This document shows positions 28,103 to 37,372 of a stretch of 64,000 nt of DNA, one piece after another. The stretch comes from a virus (taxonomy: Duplodnaviria; Heunggongvirae; Uroviricota; Caudoviricetes). Both the position numbers and the translations under genes were made by a program. The DNA is taken from IMG/VR virus record IMGVR_UViG_3300042348_001285; one strand, 5' to 3'. The notes under the pieces are model-generated. The model had not been told where the DNA came from and did not search any database. It saw nothing but the letters and a program-made list of their open reading frames with translations. The first letter of the stretch is position 1; each line of letters opens with the position of its first letter.

Positions 28103-28576
28103 TCATACCGCAGCCAACTGCCGACCCCTGGAATAGAACTGCTTACAGCCATACTTGGCCGCAATTTCATCCAAACTACCCGGATTGGAGCGGCTCCGGC
28201 CCAGCCCAGCAGGCTTCCAGAACCAGCATTTCCGGCCACTATGCCAGCGGCACCCTAGCGCCTTCAGGTCTTCCTTAACGGGCTTGGTATCACCCGTGAC
28301 CCATACCCATAACCCAATCAGGTTAATGTCCAGGTTAGGAATCTTAAGCAATTCTGCAATCTGATCCATGATAGCCTGCTCGGTTTTTTCCGTATAGCGA
28401 TAGGTGCGCCCATCGTCCTCTTGACCGTTGCAGCTTGCGAGAGCGGCATGGTAGGCAGCATTAAGGGCCTTCATGGTTTCCAGATCGCCACCAAGATCAG
28501 GGTGGTGCTTGCGAGCCAGATCACGATAGGTGCCTTTAATGGTTTCGACAGTGGTGAGGCCAGTGAAGAATGTCAT
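28103..28576 (-). CDS. J-domain (DnaJ-like) protein
   Basis: 'YRDLARKHHPDLGGD' carries the HPD motif. Confidence 0.7.
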   Translation of the reverse strand: MTFFTGLTTVETIKGTYRDLARKHHPDLGGDLETMKALNAAYHAALASCNGQEDDGRTYRYTEKTEQAIMDQIAELLKIPNLDINLIGLWVWVTGDTKPVKEDLKALGCRWHSGRKCWFWKPAGLGRSRSNPGSLDEIAAKYGCKQFYSRGRQLAAV

Positions 28577-28721
28577 TGCCGGTTCCAGGTGGTGTGTGGG
28601 AACGATGTTAGTGTAGCATGGTTGCCGGTGGGTCGTCAACCCCCCTTTTTTAGGGGAAAGGTTAAAACCGCTACCTGCTGACTCTGGAATTATAGCACAC
28701 TGCACTAAAGGCTGTGGCCCC

Positions 28722-28991
28722 TCAAGGGTAGGTAAATTTTTTGTGCAGAACAAGGGCGCATTTGGAACCCTGTGCCTTCAATGTAAGATAGTATCCGTCA
28801 TCTTTTCTGGAGCAACGAATACCTGTCCACCCGAATATCTTCTTTGCCTTTTGTACAATTTGTCTATTTGTCATACCGCCACAAGCAAACTCATCATATC
28901 TATGGCATTGGCTCACATCTTTGCCAACAAGAGTAACCTCCTCTACGCAAGCCATTTCTTTGGTTCTAAAAACAGATGGGGATGTACTCAT
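28722..28991 (-). CDS. small Cys-containing ORF (89 aa) behind two tandem cassettes
   Basis: Cassettes at 29010-29050 and 29085-29110. Confidence 0.4.
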   Translation of the reverse strand: MSTSPSVFRTKEMACVEEVTLVGKDVSQCHRYDEFACGGMTNRQIVQKAKKIFGWTGIRCSRKDDGYYLTLKAQGSKCALVLHKKFTYP

Positions 28992-29261
28992 GGTGGGACC
29001 CGGTGCGTTTAGTTGGTGGGTGACTTTGGTAGTGTAGCATGGGGCCAGGGGCAATGTCAACACCCTGGTTTTGGTCCCTTGCTTGCTGACCCATGAATTA
29101 TAGCATGTCCGGGGGCCAACTGTGGATGGCCGGGAGTTAATGCTCATGGGCCGACACATTGCCGAAGGGATTGACAAGGCTGGGGGGAGTCGCCCTATAA
29201 TGGGCAAACAATCAGAGAAGGGGCCTTGCCCACAGGTAATAGGTTATGCCACGGGGCTATG

Positions 29262-29545
29262 CCATGGTGCGTTTTGCCGTTAATGTAGAATTTTGGGGTG
29301 TGTTTTCGGGGTTAATGTGGAATCGTCAAAATCAAAAACCCAATTTTCATTTCCCCAAATCCATTGCAAGGGAACGGAGTTACTCCTAAAATTTTTGAAT
29401 TTTTTAGGACCTAATGAAAAACGATCCAAAAAATTCTACATTTGAATGCAAATTCTGCACCCTACTATCATATATTCGCGAAAAATTTATTTATAGTACA
29501 CTCTTATCTAAATACCTATATAGATAAGTTTTGTTTATCAATGAG
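29262..29545. repeat. complex intergenic module, copy H
   Basis: Iterons 'GGTGCGTTTTGCCGTTAATGTAGAAT' and 'GGGGTGTGTTTTCGGGGTTAATGTGGAAT', plus the hairpins and the AT-rich tail. Confidence 0.8.
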
Positions 29546-29653
29546 TTTGCTGTTAGTTCTCATCAGCCATCTAACTATCGTCAAGCCAATTTAAATACCA
29601 TGCCATTTTATTCCCCGAAAGATATAGTCAGTAGGTCATCACCCTATCAGCAA

Positions 29654-29860
29654 TCAGCAATCAATCCCCATAGCCAAGCACCAATTATCAAGGGCACTGT
29701 CCCAAATCCAATGGGTCTCATCTTGGAGCCATCCCTTAGGAAGCCCCAAAATATCAATAGCAGCCTCTGCCAAGGCGGTAGCACAATTGTACTCCCGAGC
29801 GTTGCCATACATCCAGCTTGAGATCGAACGTTGGTTGAAGCTTGAGATTGAGCGAGCCAT
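29654..29860 (-). CDS. small cassette ORF (68 aa)
   Basis: Cassette at 29865-29900. Confidence 0.4.
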   Translation of the reverse strand: MARSISSFNQRSISSWMYGNAREYNCATALAEAAIDILGLPKGWLQDETHWIWDSALDNWCLAMGIDC

Positions 29861-29924
29861 GGTTTCCTCCGTTAGTGACAGGGAAATTGTAGCACGGTGT
29901 CGGCGGGTTGTCAACTTATTGGCA

Positions 29925-30158
29925 TCAATCCCCTTCGGAAACAACCTCGAAGTCCACCTCAAAGGGGCCATCCCACTCCTGAGCCCACTGGGGGGCACAC
30001 TCGCCCATGAAGCGAAGATCATCCGACTGATGAGAGAATGGTTCAGGAACCGTGTCAACTACACAGACCCAAGTTGGAAGATTCCCCCGACGCACAGGGT
30101 GGGCAGTGTCCCCGACCCATTCTTGAGCCAGGAAGGTGCAGCGTAGGGTGTGTGCCAT
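29925..30158 (-). CDS. small acidic cassette ORF (77 aa)
   Basis: Cassette at 30190-30230. Confidence 0.45.
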   Translation of the reverse strand: MAHTLRCTFLAQEWVGDTAHPVRRGNLPTWVCVVDTVPEPFSHQSDDLRFMGECAPQWAQEWDGPFEVDFEVVSEGD

Positions 30159-30324
30159 TGTGAGGTCGGTGGGTTGGTTGCGTTTGGTATGAACCTATTG
30201 TAGCATGGGGCTAGCGGGACCGTCAACCCTTGAGTCTCAGGGACTGGCAATCATGGTTGCCGGTGGGTTGTCTACCGGCTGGCTTTAGCTGCCTGGCTTC
30301 GACCATCGGGCCCCGACCGGAAGC

Positions 30325-30780
30325 CTAATCAATGCAGGCAGATAGCCACCATTGGGGTTCTCCCGTGGTTTCAATCCCGAACTTTCGTACAAATTCTACC
30401 AATCTCCGATGTTCTTCCCCTGAAATTGATAGGGAATCAGGGCCCAATGATACAGGGTCACAATCGCTGCTACTTCTCAACTCCTGCACAGCTAGGATGA
30501 TACAAGGGTTCTGAGCCCATCCATATGCCACTACCTTAACAGGGACCGGATTAGATTTCAGCCATTCCCTCTGATTACGCCACCGAGCATCGGCATCTGC
30601 GCATGTAAAACCATCCTTATATTCACCTTTATCATCAAAGGGGCACTCAACAGGGTTAACGTACCCATTTACATCAACCCACCATTCTTCAATATCGCAG
30701 TCTTCATCATCAGACCAGGGGAATTCAAACCCTTCTTCAAACATGAAGCCGTAACTTAGGCCAGCAGTGGCAGAGGTCAT
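30325..30780 (-). CDS. hypothetical acidic protein (151 aa, begins MTSATAGLSYGF)
   Basis: Cassette at 30810-30850. Confidence 0.5.
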   Translation of the reverse strand: MTSATAGLSYGFMFEEGFEFPWSDDEDCDIEEWWVDVNGYVNPVECPFDDKGEYKDGFTCADADARWRNQREWLKSNPVPVKVVAYGWAQNPCIILAVQELRSSSDCDPVSLGPDSLSISGEEHRRLVEFVRKFGIETTGEPQWWLSACID

Positions 30781-30960
30781 TGGGGGGGTGCGTTTGGTTG
30801 CGGTTGGTTGGTACGGACTTATCTTAGCATGGTGCCGGGGTGGTGTCAACCCCCTAGCTTCAAGGGCTGGCAAGCACGGGGCCGATGGGAACGTCAACCC
30901 TTGGGCTTCGGGGATTGGAAACCTATCGGCAACAACCTATCGGCACCAACCCCACGGCCC

Positions 30961-31365
30961 CTATCGACTGGCATACAAATATCCCCCAGCCCAATCTGCC
31001 CGCTGATAGCAACTTTCCGGGTCTTCCAACAAATTGTAACGAATACCCTTGGCCGGGGCCTTCCAATTAGCTACCTTGTAAACATCCCCGGTTACCCGGT
31101 CCACAAAAGCATGAGCAGAGCGATTGCCGGACGTTGCCATTATGATTTTCAGATACTTGCGCCCTTCCTCCACTGAGAATGTCGGGGCATAATCCTTGCC
31201 AACCCCATTAGGATTAAACCGCGCATAGTTATCAGCCAGAACCGCGCATAGCTTGAGGGTGGCGGTGAGAACCGGGCTAGGAGCCTCAGGGGTGGTAGCC
31301 TCAGGGGTGGTAGCTTCGGGGTTGGCAGTGCCAGGGCCAGCAACCGGGTTAATCATAGCAATCAT
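30961..31365 (-). CDS. WKAPAKG(V/I)R-family protein (134 aa), paralogue of 10999..11307
   Basis: Shared motif. An N-terminal direct repeat PEATTPEATTPEA arises from a 15-bp DNA repeat. Confidence 0.5.
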   Translation of the reverse strand: MIAMINPVAGPGTANPEATTPEATTPEAPSPVLTATLKLCAVLADNYARFNPNGVGKDYAPTFSVEEGRKYLKIIMATSGNRSAHAFVDRVTGDVYKVANWKAPAKGIRYNLLEDPESCYQRADWAGGYLYASR

Positions 31366-32008
31366 GGCGGGTCGGGAACGGTGGTGTTTGGTTCCTGCCT
31401 ATTATACGCCTTAGGGGCTCAAACTGTCAAGGCATCGTCAAGAGGCCACCAGGGGAATTGCCGAGGTATTGTCAAGGCATCGTCAAGGGGCCATCAGGGG
31501 ACTTACCATAGGGAACCAATGGGCATACCAAGGGGCCACCAGGGGGCCAGAATGGCAAAAAAAAGCAAAAAGCCAAGGGACCCCCACCGAGCCGAGGCTC
31601 AGAAACCCAGTCACTGTCAGGGATTTTCCCTTACTGTGGTTGTCTTCATTTGAGAATGCCCTAGGTGGGTGTTCCTAATTGTTGTTACCAAAGTTTCAAA
31701 CCTGAAAAATTGAAAAATTTGAATTTATTATATTTTTCTAAAATACTAACACACTATAATGTCATAATGCCATAACAGTATAACACTATCGTTATACGAT
31801 CATAGAGTCATTTTGATCTTGGGGGGCACCTTGACACTACGGAACCTTAACCTCATAGTACCAACATATCGTGGCACCGTCTCACAGTAACATCATTGCG
31901 CTAACACACTATAATGCCATAACAGTATAACACTATCGTTATACGATCATAGAGTCATTAACCCTGGGGACTAAAGCGTGTCTGGGCAGGCACAGGCAGG
32001 CCCGGCAA
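31366..32008. other. about 640 bp of AT-rich non-coding region at the compositional boundary: direct repeats, palindromes, TTGACA-N18-TATAAT promoter at its left edge
   Basis: Contains 2x 32-bp 'tgtcaaggcatcgtcaag(a/g)ggccaccagggga', 2x about 60-bp 'ctaacacactataatg..ccataacagtataacactatcgttatacgatcatagagtcatt', and the palindrome GTATAAC-N6-GTTATAC. There are no ORFs. Confidence 0.7.
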
Positions 32009-32218
32009 TCAAACAATAGCCAAGACTTCACATCGGCTTCCATCCGTGTTTCCCCATGTGTCACCAATGCTTACACCTTGGCGGAAGACGAAGCCGATTG
32101 AATAACGACGCGGGCTATACCAAAGTTTGGTAATAGCTGCCGGGAGCTGATACCCGTGCATAGCTTTGACTTCCAATGCCCGGTAGATTTGCTCTTGAAT
32201 TTGATCGTTATTGGCCAT
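32009..32218 (-). CDS. hypothetical protein (69 aa)
   Basis: Intact ORF. Confidence 0.45.
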   Translation of the reverse strand: MANNDQIQEQIYRALEVKAMHGYQLPAAITKLWYSPRRYSIGFVFRQGVSIGDTWGNTDGSRCEVLAIV

Positions 32219-32242
32219 AACTTGCGATGCGGTGGGGTCGAT

Positions 32243-32473
32243 TTAATTAAAGCCTTCAATAAACTCGCGCACCTTCCAGCTCGTGGTCAGGTCTCCAAAC
32301 GACATCATGCCCACCCCAAGCGCGATACCTGAGTGATCTACGGTCTCGGGGTGCTTTCTGAGGTCGCTAAACATGGAACTCAGCGCTTGTTGCAAGTAGC
32401 CTTGATCGCAGTAGGCCAATGCTCGCTTCTTGCACCATTCCAGGTGCTGTGCTCGGGTTTGTATGGTTTGCAT
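32243..32473 (-). CDS. hypothetical protein (76 aa)
   Basis: Intact ORF. Confidence 0.45.
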   Translation of the reverse strand: MQTIQTRAQHLEWCKKRALAYCDQGYLQQALSSMFSDLRKHPETVDHSGIALGVGMMSFGDLTTSWKVREFIEGFN

Positions 32474-32592
32474 GGTTTGAATGTGGGTGAAGTTGTGAGT
32501 ATAGGTTATGGATTGAAGCAGTGGTGGCCCTAGTGTGCCAATTTTCTAGGTGTCACTTTAATCTAACTAATCCAACTATTATTATCTGGAAG

Positions 32593-33012
32593 TCAACCAT
32601 CCCTCAAATAAGACGTAACAATGACGGGCACCCTATCGGGCCACATATAAGCTCCATTATCCTCCAGACCTTCCATCACACAGGTAACTTCTACTTCACC
32701 GTCGTCTGGGGTTTCATAGATCTTAGTGTCACACTCTTCTGCTGCGGATGGGCTATAAAATGCTAGTCGTTGCTTGGTAGAGCAAGAGTAGATGAAGCTC
32801 AAAAACTTTGACAGTTTGGCATCATCGTAGAAGCAATCTGCCTCTGCGGGGATAATAATGTAAGGGTACTTTTCCCCTAATCGGGCACTAAGAAACTGCC
32901 CGTATCTTAGACCCCCTTTATGCGCAAGCCATGCAGAGTTTGCATCTCTCAAAAACAATTCGGGGCAGAATGAATCCATTGGGGGTTGCGGTTTGTGGAA
33001 TCTGACTCCCAT
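32593..33012 (-). CDS. hypothetical protein (139 aa)
   Basis: Intact ORF. Confidence 0.5.
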   Translation of the reverse strand: MGVRFHKPQPPMDSFCPELFLRDANSAWLAHKGGLRYGQFLSARLGEKYPYIIIPAEADCFYDDAKLSKFLSFIYSCSTKQRLAFYSPSAAEECDTKIYETPDDGEVEVTCVMEGLEDNGAYMWPDRVPVIVTSYLRDG

Positions 33013-33137
33013 AGTCTAGCACACGGGAGACCTAGCCAGACCCCCCCTATGCCAGTTCTCAGGGTGTCACTACCATCCTGCGTGCGTGCAATAACCGGGA
33101 AGGCAAGTCCCCATAAGATAGGCCCAAGGCCCAAGAC

Positions 33138-33827
33138 TCAATAAGAAACGCACCGGAAAGCTCGCACATTGTAAGTATTGCTTTTGATGCCGGAGCTGCT
33201 CTGGACACCTCCAGCGAAACAGACGGGACAAGCCATGGACCCAATAAACTCGCTAGAACTCCAATACCAGACCCCATTGAACTCACCAGGAATGACCCCA
33301 TACGCTAGCATCAGTTGCTCTACCGTGGGAACAAACCACTGAGAAGGAATAAAACCTAGTTCTGCAAGCCTATCAAAGACTTCCGAAAATTCCTTAGACC
33401 ATTGGCAAGAAACTTCCGTCGATTTCGGTGCAACCACCAGGGCAAGACCGTTCCCTTTCTTTAGAACAATAGAACCATCCCCCAAGGTATCTCCTACTTC
33501 CGCATCTTGAATGTTAGGTGCCGGTTCGGACTCAAGTTGTTCTTTCAGTTTTACCAGTTGTTCTTCTGTGTCCTTAATGGACTGGAGTAATTGCCTGTTG
33601 ATACTCATTGTTTCTACGATCCTCTCGATCTTCACAATATCCTTTGAGTGTTGGCAATCATAGGAAAGATAATATCCCCCAGGGCCCCACATACAATCAC
33701 TAAGTTTGAATGGATAGTAACCACTCTTCAAATTTAATTCAATAGTGCCCGTAAGAACATCACCATTACGCAACGTAACCGTTACTTCTTTGCCGACAAA
33801 TTGTTCAAGATTGATAGAGGTTGCCAT
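33138..33827 (-). CDS. protein with an N-terminal 'NLxQFVGKEVxVxLRxG' beta-barrel-like domain (paralogous to 45959..46648 and 46724..47419) and a coiled-coil middle
   Basis: 'MATSINLEQFVGKEVTVTLRNGDV' compares with 'MTLKLNLSQFVGKEVDVELRDGEI' in the paralogue. Confidence 0.55.
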   Translation of the reverse strand: MATSINLEQFVGKEVTVTLRNGDVLTGTIELNLKSGYYPFKLSDCMWGPGGYYLSYDCQHSKDIVKIERIVETMSINRQLLQSIKDTEEQLVKLKEQLESEPAPNIQDAEVGDTLGDGSIVLKKGNGLALVVAPKSTEVSCQWSKEFSEVFDRLAELGFIPSQWFVPTVEQLMLAYGVIPGEFNGVWYWSSSEFIGSMACPVCFAGGVQSSSGIKSNTYNVRAFRCVSY

Positions 33828-33958
33828 TTAATTGGTTGGTGGTGGATGCCGGTTGGTGGTGGTTTACTCCGGCTATGCACCAATTGTAGCATGATGACGG
33901 GGTAGTGTCAACTCCCCATAGCTTTAACCAAATGGCAAGCATAGGGCCAACGGCAACG

Positions 33959-34234
33959 TCAACCCCCTGGCTCCAAACCCGTATTAAAACACCGGGGCGG
34001 AAACATTTGAACGTAACGGCGAACATCAGCCAAATAAATTGACCTAGACATAACGGTTATGCCGTTCCCCCCATTTAGTCGAAATTGATAGGCCAATTGA
34101 ACAGGATTCCACAGCGGGTTGATAACTTTTCCTGATTCACAATCAACATAAACCCCTATGCCAGGTGTTACAAATTCAACCTCTCTCCAACCATGGGCTA
34201 AAGCTTCTTGAAGGCTATTAAAAGAGTTAATCAT
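33959..34234 (-). CDS. hypothetical protein (91 aa)
   Basis: Intact ORF. Confidence 0.45.
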   Translation of the reverse strand: MINSFNSLQEALAHGWREVEFVTPGIGVYVDCESGKVINPLWNPVQLAYQFRLNGGNGITVMSRSIYLADVRRYVQMFPPRCFNTGLEPGG

Positions 34235-34310
34235 GTTGATGTTGGTTAATATTGGTCAATATTGGTCAATGTCAGTTAATGGGGTGGTGACTGGTCAATG
34301 TTAACACAGA

Positions 34311-34517
34311 TTAGGTCCAAAAAGAAGACTCCGAAATTATAATAACAACCACCTTCAAATCATAAAAATACCTAACCTGACAAACATCGTAAGATACCCC
34401 ACCAATAATAATCATTTCGCCCTTTCGCGGAATAATGCTAGAAAAATAATTTATGTCCAAGATAGGGCCACCATGGATCTTAAAATGAAGTTGAAATTGG
34501 TTAACGATGGAGTTCAT
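34311..34517 (-). CDS. hypothetical protein (68 aa)
   Basis: The stop of the upstream gene overlaps this start (ATGA at 34514-34517). Confidence 0.4.
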   Translation of the reverse strand: MNSIVNQFQLHFKIHGGPILDINYFSSIIPRKGEMIIIGGVSYDVCQVRYFYDLKVVVIIISESSFWT

Positions 34518-35254
34518 TGGTTGCGAGGAGAGTTAATTCCAGTAGTCAGACCAATGACCAGCTGATACATCATGTCACGATGCTTTGTTGTCCATTGTTC
34601 ATCAGAATAAGACGTTCCAACCTTATGCACCCTTCCAGCACCAAGTTCCTTATTAAGATAATTCAACCATGCAGTGCAAAAATTCAATGCGACTCCTCGC
34701 ACACATTCCGGTGATTTACTGCTAAGTAAGTAAACCTTAGAATACTCCTCAGAGAGTGGATAAGGTCTTACATATTTGTACTCGTCGCCACCACCATGCT
34801 CGGTTCTCATTGGGTTATCCTCTTCGTTCACCAGCTGCTGATACAGACTGTCAACCGAAAGGTCATCCGGTGTAATCTCAGGAAAGACATACTTTGCAAG
34901 TTCCCCCTCAATGAATGCCTCTTTGTTCCAGTTACACTCCCTTTCTCTGCCTACTTTTTTGTATATTTTTTCCAGCTCAAGTTCCCATTCTTCTTTCTCT
35001 TCTGCTCTTTTTTCAACCTTCTCTCTCCATCGCGGCACCATCTCTTTCGTCATTTCTTCCTTATTGAAATCAGGAAACAAATGAATTGGGTACCTATCTC
35101 CAATGCCAATAGGCGACTGAGTTTCTTCATCCATCTCATAACCATTACCAATGGTAAAGAAAATGTGACCAAGAACACTTGCAGCACTAGGGAAGATACT
35201 GTGATATTCACCCATTTGGTATGAAATAAAATTACAAATTGATTGGATTGTCAT
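34514..35254 (-). CDS. hypothetical protein (246 aa)
   Basis: Long ORF with a Glu/Lys-rich central segment. Confidence 0.55.
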   Translation of the reverse strand: MTIQSICNFISYQMGEYHSIFPSAASVLGHIFFTIGNGYEMDEETQSPIGIGDRYPIHLFPDFNKEEMTKEMVPRWREKVEKRAEEKEEWELELEKIYKKVGRERECNWNKEAFIEGELAKYVFPEITPDDLSVDSLYQQLVNEEDNPMRTEHGGGDEYKYVRPYPLSEEYSKVYLLSSKSPECVRGVALNFCTAWLNYLNKELGAGRVHKVGTSYSDEQWTTKHRDMMYQLVIGLTTGINSPRNQ

Positions 35255-35330
35255 GGTAGTTGATTAGGGTCAGTTTATAGGGTAGGTTGATGCGGTTGTG
35301 GTTCTATTGTGCCAGGTTTCCAATTGCCTC

Positions 35331-35690
35331 TCACAAATACAACCCGGGGTGAAAATGATCATTGCTATAGGACCTTACTTTCTGATTATCTGACATAAGA
35401 AAATAAGTCAAATTATCAATGAGATTTTTCGTAACCCTGGTAATCATCATCTGCCGATTAAGTTTGTAGTTCAAGTCCTTAAGAAGATCCCTAACAGCAA
35501 CTGCAGAAAGAGTAACTTCAAAACCCCATTGCTTACGGACTGATTCTTGCAAGTTGCTATAAACAAACTCACCTATATCAGTATAAACATAACCAACTTC
35601 TAATACAATCCTAAAGTCGGACAAAAATGCAGCCGCTTCTTGACGTTCAAGAAAAACCGTAAGAGACGATTCCCGTTTTTTGAAGTTCAT
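35331..35690 (-). CDS. hypothetical protein (119 aa)
   Basis: Met follows the promoter at about 35745-35770. Confidence 0.45.
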   Translation of the reverse strand: MNFKKRESSLTVFLERQEAAAFLSDFRIVLEVGYVYTDIGEFVYSNLQESVRKQWGFEVTLSAVAVRDLLKDLNYKLNRQMMITRVTKNLIDNLTYFLMSDNQKVRSYSNDHFHPGLYL

Positions 35691-35820
35691 AGGTGGTAGG
35701 TGGTGGGGGCGGTTGGTTGGTTGGTCCCGGCTGGTCCCGGTGATGAACCCACTATAGCACAATGCCAAGGCAGCGTCAACTCCCGGGAATAAGTAAGTAT
35801 AAATACCTACCACACCCCCC

Positions 35821-36087
35821 CTATAGTGGAAGAGGGGGCAACCATTCCGATTCGGAAGACAGTAAAAACGCAGCCAAACTTAAAACTGCATCCTCTACAT
35901 ATTTAAACTCTTCTGGAGAAACAGAATTAGGTCTAAATACTTTAGCATAGCCTTGAATATCCAAAATAACCCAGCGCCAAATTCTCCCCCTGGTAACATC
36001 CCCACAAGTCGAATCATCCATAACCCGAAATGACCAACCTACAGGCAATCTCTCTCCTATTACAACCAAGGCATCAGGTAATTCCAT
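35821..36087 (-). CDS. hypothetical protein (88 aa)
   Basis: Intact ORF. Confidence 0.45.
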   Translation of the reverse strand: MELPDALVVIGERLPVGWSFRVMDDSTCGDVTRGRIWRWVILDIQGYAKVFRPNSVSPEEFKYVEDAVLSLAAFLLSSESEWLPPLPL

Positions 36088-36131
36088 AGTAAACCATCAA
36101 CAAAAAATAAGCAATCAAACGACACCAAATA

Positions 36132-36401
36132 TCAATTAGCAGGCTCAACCCCACCGGCAGTCACAAGCTCCCGCCAGCGTAAATCCGATGCCTTACCCAC
36201 AAGATAATCCACACACTCCCACCAATCCCCTTCCCTAACCCCATGACTCAACAATCTCTGCAATGCCACAGCTAAAACCTCAGAAGTCGGCAACGGCCTT
36301 CCACTTTCCTTCCGAGACCTTACCAATAAGGATATATCCCGGCAGGCTTCATTGCAGGCGGCTTCAATTTTGCGCGGTTGGTTGGTTGCGGTGGTATCCA
36401 T
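36132..36401 (-). CDS. hypothetical protein (89 aa)
   Basis: Intact ORF. Confidence 0.45.
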   Translation of the reverse strand: MDTTATNQPRKIEAACNEACRDISLLVRSRKESGRPLPTSEVLAVALQRLLSHGVREGDWWECVDYLVGKASDLRWRELVTAGGVEPAN

Positions 36402-36458
36402 GGTTGTTTGCAGTTTGGTAGCGGTTTGGTAGCAGTTTGGTAGCGGTTCGGCACGGGC

Positions 36459-36647
36459 TTAGAATGGCATACCGCCAGATGCCAACAGCCAGTCGCTAAA
36501 GTCGCTAAACTTGATCTTGGGTTCCAATTCGGGGGATTCCGAGCCAAATGCCAACTCATCTTTCGGACCATAAAATCCACGACCACTAGAAAGGGCAACT
36601 TGCATAGCGCCTTCTTTGACCAGAAAGATAAAACCACCTAGTCGCAT
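36459..36647 (-). CDS. hypothetical protein (62 aa)
   Basis: Intact ORF. A further short minus-strand ORF may begin near 36802. Confidence 0.35.
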   Translation of the reverse strand: MRLGGFIFLVKEGAMQVALSSGRGFYGPKDELAFGSESPELEPKIKFSDFSDWLLASGGMPF

Positions 36648-36897
36648 AACAACACGTGTGAACCGGGGGTATCACCATCACCTTTTTCTTGCTGGATATA
36701 GGCAATTAGAGACGGGTCCAGAAAAATTGACTCGCCTGTTTGACTATCGGTCAAAGACAGGAATTCATTTTTGCGCGATTGGTTGCTGGTTGCGGTGTTC
36801 ATTGGTTATCGGGTAGTTGACTTTTAAAGTTTAGGTTACGAGTTGGGAACAGTGGCGGTTCTAGGGTTCCAGTTGATCAAGTGGTTTCAGCTAAAGT

Positions 36898-37086
36898 TTA
36901 TTTCAACATCTCAGTATAATCAAGTTGGCATACAGAAAAAGCGCCTGTATTCATTAACTCCCTAAACGAGTATCTGTAAAAACAGGTAGGCATATTCAAT
37001 TTATTATTATCCCCTGTATATGTACCGTCTTCGTTGCGTGAAAATCTTTCACCATCATCTCTCCATAAGTGGGGAACTTTATTCAT
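36898..37086 (-). CDS. hypothetical protein (62 aa)
   Basis: Start and stop overlap the neighbouring gene (ATGA at 37083-37086). Confidence 0.4.
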   Translation of the reverse strand: MNKVPHLWRDDGERFSRNEDGTYTGDNNKLNMPTCFYRYSFRELMNTGAFSVCQLDYTEMLK

Positions 37087-37301
37087 AATTTCGTTGGTAT
37101 AAGATCACGATCTTCCAAGTGTTCTTCAAAAGACTTATCAGTATATCTCGCCAAGTCATAAGCAGCATCCAATAGGTCATTGAGCATTTCTTGAAGCTCC
37201 CCCTTTGGGTTCGATTTGTGAACCGATGTGATAATCGTAGTTGAACCATCTTCTACAATAATTTCTACATCATCGTAGTGACACTTTGTTGTAAGTTTCA
37301 T
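37083..37301 (-). CDS. hypothetical protein (72 aa)
   Basis: Intact ORF. Confidence 0.45.
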   Translation of the reverse strand: MKLTTKCHYDDVEIIVEDGSTTIITSVHKSNPKGELQEMLNDLLDAAYDLARYTDKSFEEHLEDRDLIPTKL

Positions 37302-37372
37302 TGGCGGTCTGGTTGTTTACTTAGTAATGGTAACAGAGAGCGGGGTCGTTCGGTTGGCTGGGGCACCAGTTC

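Noticed and set aside
31381-31653. 90-aa plus ORF with VKASSRGHQG repeats.
   Set aside because: It is generated by a 32-bp direct DNA repeat in a non-coding AT-rich region and has no promoter or start context.
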